A stretch of 35,204 nucleotides of DNA from an uncultured Pleurocapsa sp. (GCA_964468145.1 CAYXWE010000001.1:1-35204); one strand, 5' to 3'. Shown: positions 1 to 11,126, counted from the stretch's first letter. The notes: generated from the letters alone by a model not told the origin. Numbers and translations: made by a program.

Positions 1-226
1 GGGGAATGTTCCTCAACGGGATTTATGACTGAATTAATCTTTGCTCGCAAATTTTTGAAAGGCAAGTCAAACTTAAGGATAAATGTCCGAGTAATCAAGC
101 ATAGTCAATTTAGCTATGACAATTTGAATTATATAATGTAAATTACATAATGTAACCTATTTCAGAATAGTAATTAAAACTATCTACTTTCTTTTTAAAA
201 ACTTTTACTTTTATTCTGTATAAACT

Positions 227-3200
227 TTGGTATGTATGCGTGATTTGTATATAGAACGACAAGCTGATTATGAATTATATGACAGGTTAAGGCGTGGACA
301 GTATTCTTATATTCTAAGTCCACCACAAACAGGAAAAACTCTTTTACTATATCAAGTTGCGTCTAAGCTTAAAGCCAAAGGAATTAAATGTGCCGTAATT
401 TGTCTTAAAACAACTCTTCGGAAAAATCCATATATACAAGAATACTTGACAACAAGTTATACAACTAATAACGATAATTTCAAGACTCCACTAATTAAGC
501 CTACTAAAGAATATTATTGGCAAATTATTGATGAGCTAGCAAGTCAACTTAATCTTAACAAACTTCAAAGTTATAAAAAATTTCGGCAAATAAATAAAAT
601 AATAAACCCAAAAAACAATAGTAATATTTTACTATTGTTTTTGAAAAATATTTTATTAGAAGAAATTAATGATAATCAAAGAATTGTGATTTTTGTTGAT
701 GAAATTGATGAACTTATTGACTTGCACTTTTTTCCAAAACAGTTTTCTCGTTATATTTTAAACACAATTAAATTTTGTTATGACCAACAAAAAAAACATC
801 CAGATACGAAACACACAAGTGAATTTAATCGTTTAACTTTTGCTTTATTTGGAGAAACATCTGCTTATGAAATAGCTAAAGATTATAGTAATATCTTTGA
901 CAATCATCTAAAAGTTAAACTTAATGATTTTGATTTTTATGATTTAGAAAGAATAAAAATTAAAGATATAGTGACATTTTCTCAGATAGAGCAAATATCG
1001 GATAAGTTTGAGGATTGGAAAGCCGTACTAAGAGCAATTTTTTCTTGGACTAATGGTCAACCTTTACTAACTAATAATCTTTTAAGTATTGTTATCGATC
1101 CTGATAATCAAGATTACTCCAAAATTTATCTTGGGGATGAAAAATTAAAAGTTAAACAACAAGTCGAAAAAATAATTAGAAATACTGAAGTATTAAAGCA
1201 TTTAAATAAAGTTAAAAATAATCTTCTAGGTAGACCTGAACTTTTGCAAATTTATCAAAATATTTTACAACAAAACATAAATGGATATCTTAATTTTACT
1301 CCAAAAGGAGACTTAATAAGAAAACTAATTTCATTAGGAATAGTTATTAAAACGAGAAATGGTTTAGTAATTCATAACCTAATTTATCAAGAATATATTT
1401 TTAATTACAATTGGATTCAAAAAAGCCAATCATTTTATATAATGCCAAATAATAGTCAACCAAATTCACAACCTCCGAAAAAACAACGCAAGCAATCTGA
1501 TAATCGACAACAAGATGCACAGGGAGCTATCCCAACTGATTCTTTAGAGAGTGTTGGAAGAGATTTCGCTACTTTTTTAGTAATATTTAGTCAGCTTATT
1601 ACTTTGTTAACAGGAACTGGTATTTTATTTGGAACATGGTTGAATTTTTTAAATTTTAGTAATTTTTTTGCTGTCATTATAGCAGCTTTTTGTTTTTTAG
1701 TTATTATTGTATTACAGTTAATTCGCAATCAAGAAAGTTTCAGAAAAATAATTAATAATTTTTGGAAAACAATCAAAAAATATTCTAAATATTTACCAAT
1801 ATTTGTTATTGGCATTTTGATATTTTCTTTTTTAGGGCTTTTTATTACAACATCACAAATACAAGTAGAAGCTAAAAATGCAGAAGATTTTTTTAATAAT
1901 AGATCGCAATTAAAAGGATTGGAAAAAGCAATAGAATCTGGAAATAAATTGAATATTAATTGGATTAGCAAATCTATATATATGCGTAATAAATTGCAAA
2001 AATATCCGAAAATAACTTTAGAAACAATTACCTCAAAAATTCGAGAAGAGAACATAATTTATCCTCCTAACCTTGACGAAGTTATTACTGTAGCTATTAT
2101 TGATTCTGAAGGAGAAAAAATCGCTACAGGTAGTGCTGATGAAAATATAGGAAAATTGGGTGGTACGCTTCAAATATGGGATATATCAGGAAAGCAAATT
2201 GGAGATAATATTAAAACCGAACACGGAATTTACAGCATGGATTTCGATCGTAAAGGTCAAAAAATTGCATTGGGAGAAGGTGTTGGTTGTGTTGAATTGT
2301 ATAATTTAATTGAAAACAAGATAGAGAAGTTACCACTAGACAATTCCAGTGATGTAGACAATTCCAGTGATGGTCAAATTAGGAGTATTAGTTTTAGTTC
2401 TGACAGTAAATATCTTGTTGCAGGAGGTAGTAATAGTAAAGCATATCTATGGAATCTAGAAAATGATGATCGAGAGAATAAACCAGTAAGATTGTCCATT
2501 TCTTCAACACAAAAGGATGCATATATTTATGATGTTGCTTTTAGTCATAATAATCAAATTATTGCTACAGTATCGGGAGGAAATGGCAATGTTATTAAAC
2601 TCTGGAATTTAGACGGAAAGCAAATCGGCGAACATAGTTTTGATATGAATAATGATGTACCTTTTAGTGTTAGTTTTAATCAAGATGATACTAAAGTTGT
2701 TGTAGGTTTTAAAGGGGGAAATGTCGGAATTTGGACTTTAGAACATAGCCAAAATAAAGAAGAACATAAATTAACTGATTTATCTCAAAATTTTCAAATT
2801 TATAAATCAAGTAATCGAGATACTAACCCCTTTATAAATGCTAAATTTAAAGAAAATAAATTAATTGTTATATCTGAAAATAAAAAAACTTTAAAATATA
2901 ATGAATATGTAGAAAATAAATCTGAAAATCAGTTTGAATCAATACCACACCCTATTGTTTTTAATACTTACGGTCTGCCCGAAATAAGAGAGATTGTAAG
3001 TGCGTTTTCAAATCACAAAATAAATAAGCTTATTACTGTATCTAGAGATGGAAAAGCACAACTTTGGAATTTAAGTTTGGACAAAAATAACAAAAATAAA
3101 CTACGTAATACTGGACTAAATTACATCAAAAAAATAGCTATAAGTTTGGCTGTTAATCAAACACAAAAGCAATCTTATAAAAGTGCATTTCTGGATGATA

Positions 3201-4165
3201 AAGCGTTAAAAATATTGTCACTAATTAGTAATAGTTCTACATCTTTGAGTCCCAATAATGCATTAGAAAAGCATGGTGTAGTTACAGATACCAGTTTTAC
3301 TCCTGATGGAAATGAATTAGCTACAGTAGGTCAAGAAGGAGTAATAAGATTTTGGAATACAGACGACGGAAAATACAGTCGTAAGATAGATACTGGACTA
3401 GAAGAAATTGCTAGTATCAGCTTTAATGCTGTTGAAAAATATGTTGTTGTTGCAAGTGCTGGAGGAGTAATTAAAAAAATTTCATATTTAGATGATTCGG
3501 GAGGAAAAATCATTGCTAAAGGTCAAGGGATTATTTCCTTCATGGAGTTTAGTCCAGATGGACAATATCTTATTACTTTAGGAAATAAAAGCCCTCAGCC
3601 TAAATTGTGGGATTTATCAAAATTTCATGAAGGAGAGAAATCCATAGAGCAAAAACCATTGAACATTAAGATTCCAGGTGATATTACTGGTCTTGGATTT
3701 CTTACTAATGAGTTAATTGTCGTTTCAACAGATGGAAGCAATCAACTTCAAATTATCTCGACATTATCACATATAGAATCTCAACTATTTCCTTTAAGCG
3801 AAAATGATGATGGGGCTATTGGAATTAGCTTTAATAAGATAGAACCTAATTTATTTAATTTTAATCAAATTCACCTTGTTGCTACAGCACAAAAGAATGG
3901 AAAAATTAAAATCTGGAATGAATTTAAAAAAGATAAACCACCAATTAATGAATTTTCAAGCAAATTAGTAAATATCAAAAGTATCAGTCTTAGTCCAGAT
4001 GGTAAATTTGTTGTAGTAGGAGGAGATGATGGAAAAATTGAGATTTTTTATGTTTCTGATTTACAACAAAATATCAATGATGGTTGCAGTTGGCTAAAAA
4101 ACTATCATGAGACCTCTGCAAAAGCTAGTCCAAAAGCCAAGAACATTTGCCAAAATTATCTATAG
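227..4165 (+). CDS. STAND-class P-loop NTPase (AAA_35-like) with transmembrane helices and C-terminal WD40 beta-propellers
   Basis: YIERQAD start, Walker A SPPQTGKT, Walker B IVIFVDEID and WTNGQPLLT (GxP) are typical of cyanobacterial AAA_35 proteins. Hydrophobic helices lie at about aa 448-545, followed by many WD repeats (LQIWD, AYLWN, IKLWN, IRFWN, PKLWD). The start may be ATG at 236. Confidence 0.85.
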   Translation: MVCMRDLYIERQADYELYDRLRRGQYSYILSPPQTGKTLLLYQVASKLKAKGIKCAVICLKTTLRKNPYIQEYLTTSYTTNNDNFKTPLIKPTKEYYWQIIDELASQLNLNKLQSYKKFRQINKIINPKNNSNILLLFLKNILLEEINDNQRIVIFVDEIDELIDLHFFPKQFSRYILNTIKFCYDQQKKHPDTKHTSEFNRLTFALFGETSAYEIAKDYSNIFDNHLKVKLNDFDFYDLERIKIKDIVTFSQIEQISDKFEDWKAVLRAIFSWTNGQPLLTNNLLSIVIDPDNQDYSKIYLGDEKLKVKQQVEKIIRNTEVLKHLNKVKNNLLGRPELLQIYQNILQQNINGYLNFTPKGDLIRKLISLGIVIKTRNGLVIHNLIYQEYIFNYNWIQKSQSFYIMPNNSQPNSQPPKKQRKQSDNRQQDAQGAIPTDSLESVGRDFATFLVIFSQLITLLTGTGILFGTWLNFLNFSNFFAVIIAAFCFLVIIVLQLIRNQESFRKIINNFWKTIKKYSKYLPIFVIGILIFSFLGLFITTSQIQVEAKNAEDFFNNRSQLKGLEKAIESGNKLNINWISKSIYMRNKLQKYPKITLETITSKIREENIIYPPNLDEVITVAIIDSEGEKIATGSADENIGKLGGTLQIWDISGKQIGDNIKTEHGIYSMDFDRKGQKIALGEGVGCVELYNLIENKIEKLPLDNSSDVDNSSDGQIRSISFSSDSKYLVAGGSNSKAYLWNLENDDRENKPVRLSISSTQKDAYIYDVAFSHNNQIIATVSGGNGNVIKLWNLDGKQIGEHSFDMNNDVPFSVSFNQDDTKVVVGFKGGNVGIWTLEHSQNKEEHKLTDLSQNFQIYKSSNRDTNPFINAKFKENKLIVISENKKTLKYNEYVENKSENQFESIPHPIVFNTYGLPEIREIVSAFSNHKINKLITVSRDGKAQLWNLSLDKNNKNKLRNTGLNYIKKIAISLAVNQTQKQSYKSAFLDDKALKILSLISNSSTSLSPNNALEKHGVVTDTSFTPDGNELATVGQEGVIRFWNTDDGKYSRKIDTGLEEIASISFNAVEKYVVVASAGGVIKKISYLDDSGGKIIAKGQGIISFMEFSPDGQYLITLGNKSPQPKLWDLSKFHEGEKSIEQKPLNIKIPGDITGLGFLTNELIVVSTDGSNQLQIISTLSHIESQLFPLSENDDGAIGISFNKIEPNLFNFNQIHLVATAQKNGKIKIWNEFKKDKPPINEFSSKLVNIKSISLSPDGKFVVVGGDDGKIEIFYVSDLQQNINDGCSWLKNYHETSAKASPKAKNICQNYL
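2337..2372 (+). repeat. Perfect 18-bp in-frame tandem duplication (TAGACAATTCCAGTGATG x2) in a WD40 loop
   Basis: Read directly; encodes DNSSDVDNSSDG. Confidence 0.9.
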
Positions 4166-4290
4166 AGCGAAGATGTGTAATTAAAACGTTGCACGCTTAA
4201 CAAGGCATAATACAGAATAGTTCAGATTTAAATATTCGGTAGAGTAGATTTATCGTCAAAAGAAACCTGATTAAACGTACTAATAAACTA

Positions 4291-4791
4291 ATGAACACCA
4301 GTGAAATTATTCGTGTTATTGTTTTGAGCCTCATTGGGGCAATTTTTATGTTTGTAGTTCAACCATTTATTTATAGACAGGGGCTATTGTGGGAGCCTGA
4401 CGTTCAAAACCCCGAAGCTGCTTTAGATGCTTGGGCGAGCCGTGATTACATGGCTGCTGCGATGTTAGTTTTTATTGTATCTGTATTGTCCGCCATTTTA
4501 TGGTTTGTTCTAACTACCAAATCTAAAGCTCATACACAAGATGAAATTAAACCGTGGATTATGTGGTGGTGGTTATTAGGGCTAATCCCTATTCTTAGTA
4601 TTGGGGTTGCTATTGGTTTTTTCAATCAAAGTGAAAAGGCACGCTTGTCTCTAGCAATCTTCTTTGTCCTAGATATGTTGTGGCTGTTTTGGTTGACTAC
4701 AGCAACAAGTACTTCAGGGCTTTTAAGATATACTCCTCCGCTAGCATATAAAATGCGGGATGTTCTTGCCAAATTTGGAGTGGTTGAATAG
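4291..4791 (+). CDS. Small integral membrane protein (about 4 TM helices), function unknown
   Basis: 166-aa ORF with ATG start and four hydrophobic segments; co-oriented with the tubulin-like gene. Confidence 0.75.
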   Translation: MNTSEIIRVIVLSLIGAIFMFVVQPFIYRQGLLWEPDVQNPEAALDAWASRDYMAAAMLVFIVSVLSAILWFVLTTKSKAHTQDEIKPWIMWWWLLGLIPILSIGVAIGFFNQSEKARLSLAIFFVLDMLWLFWLTTATSTSGLLRYTPPLAYKMRDVLAKFGVVE

Positions 4792-5100
4792 TAAGTAGGT
4801 ATAAAAAAAGCAATATGAAGTAAAACGAAGTAATTAAGACTAATATTGTTATATTTAATGATATTTAACAATATATTCTGTTTTAAAACTTATAATAAGC
4901 TTAAATTAGCTCTGATTAAACTATTAAAGGTAGAGCAATAGCTGTTTTAAATAGCACAAAAATTAATTAACAATTAATTTTAGTATCGAGTTTGAACAGT
5001 ATTATCAAAGTAAGCATTAACCTGAGTAAAAAGCTTGAATTAAGAGTCGCGTCTTTAGCATTGATACCAACCAAAATCAACTTTATTCTCATTTAAACGC

Positions 5101-6600
5101 ATGACATTATATCTTATTGGGATAGGAGGTACTGGTTCTAAATGTGCCGAAGCAATTACCAAGTTAGCATCTGTCGGTTTATTTCCCGACCAGCCAATCA
5201 AAACTCTGTTTATTGATGCCGATGAAACAAATGGTAATTTAGACCGCGCCAGAAGCAGTCTAAATATTTATCAAAAATGCTATCAGTTGGTTTCCAGTAG
5301 CGAAAAAGAACAATGTCCTTGGATGAAAACCAAAATCGAGTCCTTTGACTTATGGTCGCCTTTTACAGGCTTAAATTCAAACAAAGAACTAAAAAGCTTT
5401 TTTAATTACAATACTATTAAACAAAACCAACCTGCTTTGGGGAATTTATTTGATGTTCTTTATACAAAAGAGGAGCAGGAAGCTAATTTAGATGTAGGTT
5501 TTCGTGGCAGACCAGCTATCGGTTCGGCTGTAATGAGTCAAGTAGATTTAGATCGATTAGATAAAGAACCCTGGGGAACTATAATCAAAGATATCGGATT
5601 AGATGCAGGTGCGGGGAACAAGCCAAAAATATTTCTCTGCGGTTCTATTTTTGGTGGCACGGGTGCATCGGGTTTACCAACTATTGGTCGCCTAATTGCC
5701 AATAAATTAAATAAAAACAATAACATCAAAGAACCAATTCCAATTGGTTGTCTTTTTATGTTGCCTTATTTTGGTTTCTCCGCTCCACCAGGAGAAGACC
5801 CCGACGGGGTTTATGCCCGTTCGGAACAATTTCTTCTCAACACCGAAGCTGCGTTACGTTACTACGTTACTCAAGCGCAGGAAGCTTTTGATACGGTTTA
5901 TCTGTTAGGCAATGAAAATCTATCGCGGGTTCAATTTAGTATCGGTAAAAATAGCCAGCGTAACGAACCACATTTTTTAGAAACATATGCGGGTTTAGCA
6001 GCGCGTCATTTTTGGCTTCATACTTCTCAAGTCAAAAATAAAGTAGTCTTGCTCAATCGAGACAGCATTGGCAAATTAAGTTGGAACGACATTCCAGAGC
6101 AAACAGAAGTCAAACCAGCTTTAGTTAATGGGGCTAGGTTTGCCTATACCTGGTTAGCAGAAATTAAGCCAGAACTGACTGAATTTATGAATAGGAGAGA
6201 TAATCGGGCGGTTTTAGCTCCTTGGTTATTGAAATTTTTCCCTAAAAGCAACAAACGAGGCAATGACGCAGTTCAACTGAGCGATACTCAGCAACAAGAT
6301 GCCATAAAAGTTATCACTAGCTGGTGTCAAGATTATCTACGTTGGTTATACGACCTTCATCAGTGCGAAGGAGAACAAATTCAACTATTTGTTTCTGATG
6401 CTTTCCAAAATCCCGAAGGAAAACTAAAACAAGAACAGTTAGCCGAACTGGTATCTGAATACAATTTAGATAGCCGAAGTAAATCTAGAGATACAATCCA
6501 AAACTTAAAAAGAACTCTTCAAAGTTATCGGGTAGATGGAACAACAAATGTTGGGGTAGTTGGATTGGCAAGAACTTTATACACTTTATGCAAGCAGTAG
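5101..6600 (+). CDS. Divergent tubulin/FtsZ-superfamily GTPase (Tubulin_2 / FtsZ-like type, not division FtsZ)
   Basis: N-terminal YLIGIGGTGSK loop, IDAD, GFRGRPAIG and the tubulin signature GSIFGGTGASG; long non-FtsZ C-terminal region. Confidence 0.85.
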   Translation: MTLYLIGIGGTGSKCAEAITKLASVGLFPDQPIKTLFIDADETNGNLDRARSSLNIYQKCYQLVSSSEKEQCPWMKTKIESFDLWSPFTGLNSNKELKSFFNYNTIKQNQPALGNLFDVLYTKEEQEANLDVGFRGRPAIGSAVMSQVDLDRLDKEPWGTIIKDIGLDAGAGNKPKIFLCGSIFGGTGASGLPTIGRLIANKLNKNNNIKEPIPIGCLFMLPYFGFSAPPGEDPDGVYARSEQFLLNTEAALRYYVTQAQEAFDTVYLLGNENLSRVQFSIGKNSQRNEPHFLETYAGLAARHFWLHTSQVKNKVVLLNRDSIGKLSWNDIPEQTEVKPALVNGARFAYTWLAEIKPELTEFMNRRDNRAVLAPWLLKFFPKSNKRGNDAVQLSDTQQQDAIKVITSWCQDYLRWLYDLHQCEGEQIQLFVSDAFQNPEGKLKQEQLAELVSEYNLDSRSKSRDTIQNLKRTLQSYRVDGTTNVGVVGLARTLYTLCKQ

Positions 6601-6610
6601 ATAAAAACTA

Positions 6611-9600
6611 ATGGATTTATTATTACCTAAATTAAAACCAGATAATGATGTCCCTCGCTCTGATGATTCGGGCAAATGGGATGGGCAAGATTTCTCTACT
6701 TTCGGTAAAGTTGCTTCTAGCCTAGAGTATAAATCTCTAGGAAAAGTTAAAAGCGTAAGCTCTGTTCCTACAATATGGGCGCGTCCTATTTCCATGGAAA
6801 TGGCTCTTCATAATAAGTCTTATCCCATTCGGGAACAGATGATTCAACAGTGGCAGGGAATGTTAGCTGCCATCGCTCTAGCAGAAGTCAGACGATTGCC
6901 CCTATCCGCTCAATTATTAGAACTAGAAGATTTAAGGTTTAAAGATCCTTTTGCTCGTTCTCTATATGAACTGCGCCCCACTCCCGTTCGCGCTCTTTAT
7001 ACCTTAGAAAATAGAGAGAATAAAAATCCCTGGGAAGACATCTATGTTTTTCTCTGGGATGGCAAACCTGTAGGAATGTCTTCTCCCAGTACCTTAGTCG
7101 TTCCTTCGGAAGAGGGACGCTGGGAAACATTACCCTGGTGGAATCGACAAGAGCTTTGTTTGGAATCTCCCCATGATTACCTCAATACCAGTGAAAAAGC
7201 ATTATTGTGGCGTTGGCTAGAAAATCTTCGCAACGAATTAAATCACCATAATGGTCGAACAGAAGCCCTCGATATGATTCGAGGCTTGTTAGAAGAATTC
7301 CAAAATAGTTTGGGTTCTTATCCCGAACAACGCTTGAGCTTGAGTACTAATCCCCAGTTTTTTGGCGTTCCCTTAAATCGAGGAGTACTGACTGCTCTCA
7401 ATCTTCCTGTCAAAGCAGAACCTCAAGAATCTTGCGTTCGCTTAATCCCTAGTACTAATAAAAAAGGTCAACCCAAATTAATCATTATCGACCCTGAAAT
7501 TGCCACAGCTTGGGGTGAATCATCGCAAAATATTTGGATTTGGCAAGAACAAACTTTAGCCTCTTTAAATATTGAAGACTTAAAAAATGGCAAAATTCTC
7601 TGGAACAATGTCAAATGGATTGAGTCAAAAGATTTATTTTTACCAGAATTTACCTTTCTCGACTTAGAAGAAGCTTTACCAGGAGCTTTTTTACCCGATG
7701 AAGCACAATTTTTAGTCTTCAAAGGTCAAAATATTACCCCTTTGCTGCCTCTCAATCCCATTTTGCTCGATTATTTCACTCCCGAAGACTTAATGAGCAA
7801 AATTCAATTAACTCCCCTCAATGGCAGCGATGGTCCTCTGGTGCGAGTAACTTTACATTTGCCTCTTTCTGGCACAAAGAATGACGAGAGTAATCCTCAA
7901 AACTATTCTATCTTTAAGGATTATCCCCTTAAAGAGGAGAATGCCCTAACTGAAGTTCCTGTGTTAGAACTCTGGCCTAATTTCCGTGCTGAAGGATGGA
8001 ACGAGTATTATGGTTTTTACTACGATAATGAAGTTCTAGCTTCTACCAGACCCGAAGATAAAACTTTTCAAATTAGCCTCCCCGAAGCTAAAGAACCCCA
8101 CGTTTTTAAAGATGGGAGGGGTTCTTATCAAATTACTCGTTTAGAAAAATTCCCCTCGTTTATTGATTGTCAAGATAAATCGAGAAACCCCATTGGTCTA
8201 ATTCTTCTGGAAACTCCAGAACAACTACAATTTAATGCTTCTTGGAAAGTAGGAGTCGATTTTGGAACTTCTTTCACCAATGTCTATGTTAACAGAAGAG
8301 GAAATCCCGAACCTCTACCTTTAGAAAATTTGCATCTCAAGGTAGCAGATGCACAACTAGAAAATCGTGTTCCTGCTCTAAGTGAATACTTTATTCCCGA
8401 AAACTTTATTCCTTTAGAAAAGCCATTACCTCTTTCTAGCTTGTTGACGACTAGAGGAAAACCCAACAACTCAACCAAGTCAAATTCTATTTATGAAGGT
8501 CGCATCTATATTCCTATTCCATCATTCGATCCCAAAGAAGAATGGTTTGAAACCGACCTCAAATGGAAAAAGATAGATTTAAATCGACTTTTTCTCAAAC
8601 ATTTAGCCCTGCATATTACCGCGATGGCAGCTAAAAACGGTGTCAAACAAATTCAATGGGCTTTATCTTATCCTTCTGCTTTTTCTCGTTCTGACAGAAC
8701 TAGATATGCCCGAAACTGGAGAAATATTACCGAAGAGTTGCAAGCCAAAACGGGGATAACGCACTTTTGTCCAGAACCAGATAACCTAGATTACTTCCGT
8801 ACCGAAAGTTTGGCTACTGCTCAATATTTTGCCGATTTAGAAGGATACGATTTAGTTAACACTACCTGTATCGATATGGGTGGAGGTACTTCCGATATTT
8901 CTATTTGGGAAGCAGATAGTACTCACTTCAAATTAGTTCATCAATGTTCGGTACAATTAGCAGGACGAGATTTATTCACCCAATTTTTAGAGCTAAACCC
9001 TAATTTTTTAGTTCAGAAATTTGATGTCAATCCTAGCGAATTAAATGGTCTTAAAGAAGGAAACTTCAGTGCCAAACTCGATGTCAAGCTGCGTTATGAA
9101 AGTGAGAATTGGCTCAAACAAAGAGATTTTTTAGAAGAAGACCCCGAATTTCAAGGGCTGATTAGATTGATGGCAATCGGCACTGCTGGATTGTACTACT
9201 ATGTGGGAACTATCTTACGAGTTCTTTATCAAAGAGGCAAGTACAGCAGAAATGAAATTACTCCTGTTTATATGGGAGGCAATGGTTCGCGACTGTTAAA
9301 CTGGCTGGCAATAGGAGGTGAATTTGACCGCCATTGCGAAGTTAATGAGTTATTCAGTCGGATGCTATCCAAGGCTTCTGGTTTTGAAGATACTAAAGAA
9401 TTAACCAGACTGAGTACTCGTCCTAAAGATGAAGTGGCTTGTGGGTTAGTTCTCAATGATACTCGTCTTGAAGGATTGAATATCAAAAAACCCGAACCAG
9501 TAATAGCCGGGGAAGACTGCACGATTAACGGTGAATCTATAAGCTGGGAAGACGACTTAAACCTAGAAGGCAGTATTCAGGGTTTTGATATTCCCGAACT

Positions 9601-9865
9601 CATACAAGTCCCTAATTTTCTCGATGAGTTTAATCTTGCCTTAAAAGAGTTAGATATCGAAGGACTTACTCCCATGCCAGCTTTTAAGGGTGACAAACTA
9701 GAACCTCGTTATCACGACAGATTGTGGCGCGATACTCAAAAAGAACTAAAAACTAACTTGGTGAATATTAGAGGAGACTCTGACAATATTCGCGTTGAAC
9801 CTTCTTTTATCTTAGGACTGAAAGCATTGCTCAGAGTTCTTGGTAAAGAATGGGCAGGTAAATAA
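6611..9865 (+). CDS. Large actin/Hsp70-fold (ASKHA) ATPase with a long N-terminal extension, SrfB/Hsp70-like
   Basis: Phosphate-1 VGVDFGTSFT, LSYPSAF, connect RTESLA, phosphate-2 CIDMGGGTSDIS and adenosine YMGGNGSRL. Starts 10 nt after the tubulin-like stop. Confidence 0.85.
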   Translation: MDLLLPKLKPDNDVPRSDDSGKWDGQDFSTFGKVASSLEYKSLGKVKSVSSVPTIWARPISMEMALHNKSYPIREQMIQQWQGMLAAIALAEVRRLPLSAQLLELEDLRFKDPFARSLYELRPTPVRALYTLENRENKNPWEDIYVFLWDGKPVGMSSPSTLVVPSEEGRWETLPWWNRQELCLESPHDYLNTSEKALLWRWLENLRNELNHHNGRTEALDMIRGLLEEFQNSLGSYPEQRLSLSTNPQFFGVPLNRGVLTALNLPVKAEPQESCVRLIPSTNKKGQPKLIIIDPEIATAWGESSQNIWIWQEQTLASLNIEDLKNGKILWNNVKWIESKDLFLPEFTFLDLEEALPGAFLPDEAQFLVFKGQNITPLLPLNPILLDYFTPEDLMSKIQLTPLNGSDGPLVRVTLHLPLSGTKNDESNPQNYSIFKDYPLKEENALTEVPVLELWPNFRAEGWNEYYGFYYDNEVLASTRPEDKTFQISLPEAKEPHVFKDGRGSYQITRLEKFPSFIDCQDKSRNPIGLILLETPEQLQFNASWKVGVDFGTSFTNVYVNRRGNPEPLPLENLHLKVADAQLENRVPALSEYFIPENFIPLEKPLPLSSLLTTRGKPNNSTKSNSIYEGRIYIPIPSFDPKEEWFETDLKWKKIDLNRLFLKHLALHITAMAAKNGVKQIQWALSYPSAFSRSDRTRYARNWRNITEELQAKTGITHFCPEPDNLDYFRTESLATAQYFADLEGYDLVNTTCIDMGGGTSDISIWEADSTHFKLVHQCSVQLAGRDLFTQFLELNPNFLVQKFDVNPSELNGLKEGNFSAKLDVKLRYESENWLKQRDFLEEDPEFQGLIRLMAIGTAGLYYYVGTILRVLYQRGKYSRNEITPVYMGGNGSRLLNWLAIGGEFDRHCEVNELFSRMLSKASGFEDTKELTRLSTRPKDEVACGLVLNDTRLEGLNIKKPEPVIAGEDCTINGESISWEDDLNLEGSIQGFDIPELIQVPNFLDEFNLALKELDIEGLTPMPAFKGDKLEPRYHDRLWRDTQKELKTNLVNIRGDSDNIRVEPSFILGLKALLRVLGKEWAGK

Positions 9866-9895
9866 AATATGGCTTGAAGTATAGAGGGAAAATTT

Positions 9896-11086
9896 ATGCC
9901 ACTTTGTCCAGTGTGTAAGACTGAGAATTCTGAAGAGCGAAAATTTTGCTCTATTTGTGGATGTGACTTAAATGCTGAATTATCTTTTGATGAAAAAAAA
10001 CATAGTTTAGAAATAATTACAGATATAAAACTGATTCTTACTTGTGCTGAGACAATGGGGCGTAAGTTAAAACAACTTGAAGCTCAACAAACAACTCAAT
10101 CTATACCTAGAACTGAATCTTATTCCAAAGGTTTAGAAGAAATTGAGAAAAGATTAAGTAGTTTAGAACTTTTTGAAGGTGATTATCAAGAAAATTTTTT
10201 ACAATCCAGAAAAATTATTGAAGAACAAAAAAAAAGGATAGATTCCTTGGAAAAAATTATTTCAGAATTTCCAAATATCGAACGCATATTTAATACATTT
10301 AAAGACGAAATCAATGCTCAAGTTAATACTGAATTAACACGTAAAATTGATAAATTAAAAAAAGAAGTAGAAGAAAAATTGCAAGAACAGGCTAATAGTT
10401 TAACAGATCATTTATGTAAACAAAATCAATCAGAATTATCAGAATTTACAACTTCATTTAACCAACAATTTCAAGAGCAATTAACTCAAATTAAATCTGA
10501 CAGTAATGAACAAATAATTACACTACAAAAAAGAACTAAGAAAAATGAAGATTACCTCAAAGAAGTTGAAAAATATTTCGCTCTAAATAATCGCGCTAAA
10601 TCTCAAGAAGATAATTCATCATTGGCTGCAAAAGGTAATCAATTTTCTTCTGAAGATGTTGAAGTCAATCGTGGAGAATCCCCAATAGCTAACAAATTCA
10701 ATATCAATATTACTTGGGATGAATCTCAATTAGCCCAACAATATAACGATGACTTTAGTACCTTGTCATCAAGAATTATAGAAGTGTCAGAAACACAAAA
10801 GAGTTTTAGCAATCGCAGTTTAGGTAGCAGTCAAACAGTAATATTAGAGGTCAGATCTAAAGGAATTTATGGAGTTTTGTCTGAAGATAACATTAATTAT
10901 TTAGTTCCCAGTCAGAATTTTAAAATAACTAAAAATAATCATAAAACAGTCGAAGATTTGTTTGAATGTCGTGGCTACCAACCAGAATCTTCTGGTAATT
11001 TTCAACTCGTAAAACCAGCGATAGTATCTTCTCCTTCTAGCGATCAGCAGTGGGAATTACAAAAAAGGGGTATCTTAGAATTTTGA
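9896..11086 (+). CDS. Zn-ribbon + coiled coil + C-terminal copy of the locus-specific repeated domain (subtype A)
   Basis: CPVC...CSICGC, a heptad-rich middle, and C-terminal EVSET...LFECRGY...LVKPAIV...WELQKRGILEF. GAGGG lies upstream as a possible RBS. Confidence 0.8.
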   Translation: MPLCPVCKTENSEERKFCSICGCDLNAELSFDEKKHSLEIITDIKLILTCAETMGRKLKQLEAQQTTQSIPRTESYSKGLEEIEKRLSSLELFEGDYQENFLQSRKIIEEQKKRIDSLEKIISEFPNIERIFNTFKDEINAQVNTELTRKIDKLKKEVEEKLQEQANSLTDHLCKQNQSELSEFTTSFNQQFQEQLTQIKSDSNEQIITLQKRTKKNEDYLKEVEKYFALNNRAKSQEDNSSLAAKGNQFSSEDVEVNRGESPIANKFNINITWDESQLAQQYNDDFSTLSSRIIEVSETQKSFSNRSLGSSQTVILEVRSKGIYGVLSEDNINYLVPSQNFKITKNNHKTVEDLFECRGYQPESSGNFQLVKPAIVSSPSSDQQWELQKRGILEF

Positions 11087-11126
11087 CCGTTACTCTAATT
11101 TAATATGTAATAAACAAGAGTATGTC

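Noticed and set aside
5101-6600. Cell-division ftsZ or a TubZ partition system
   Set aside because: Lacks FtsZ-typical NTD/T7-loop sequence and dcw context, and no small TubR-like gene is adjacent.
6611-9865. dnaK, mreB or ftsA
   Set aside because: 1084 aa with a long N-terminal extension and no DnaK substrate-binding domain; only fold-level motifs are shared.
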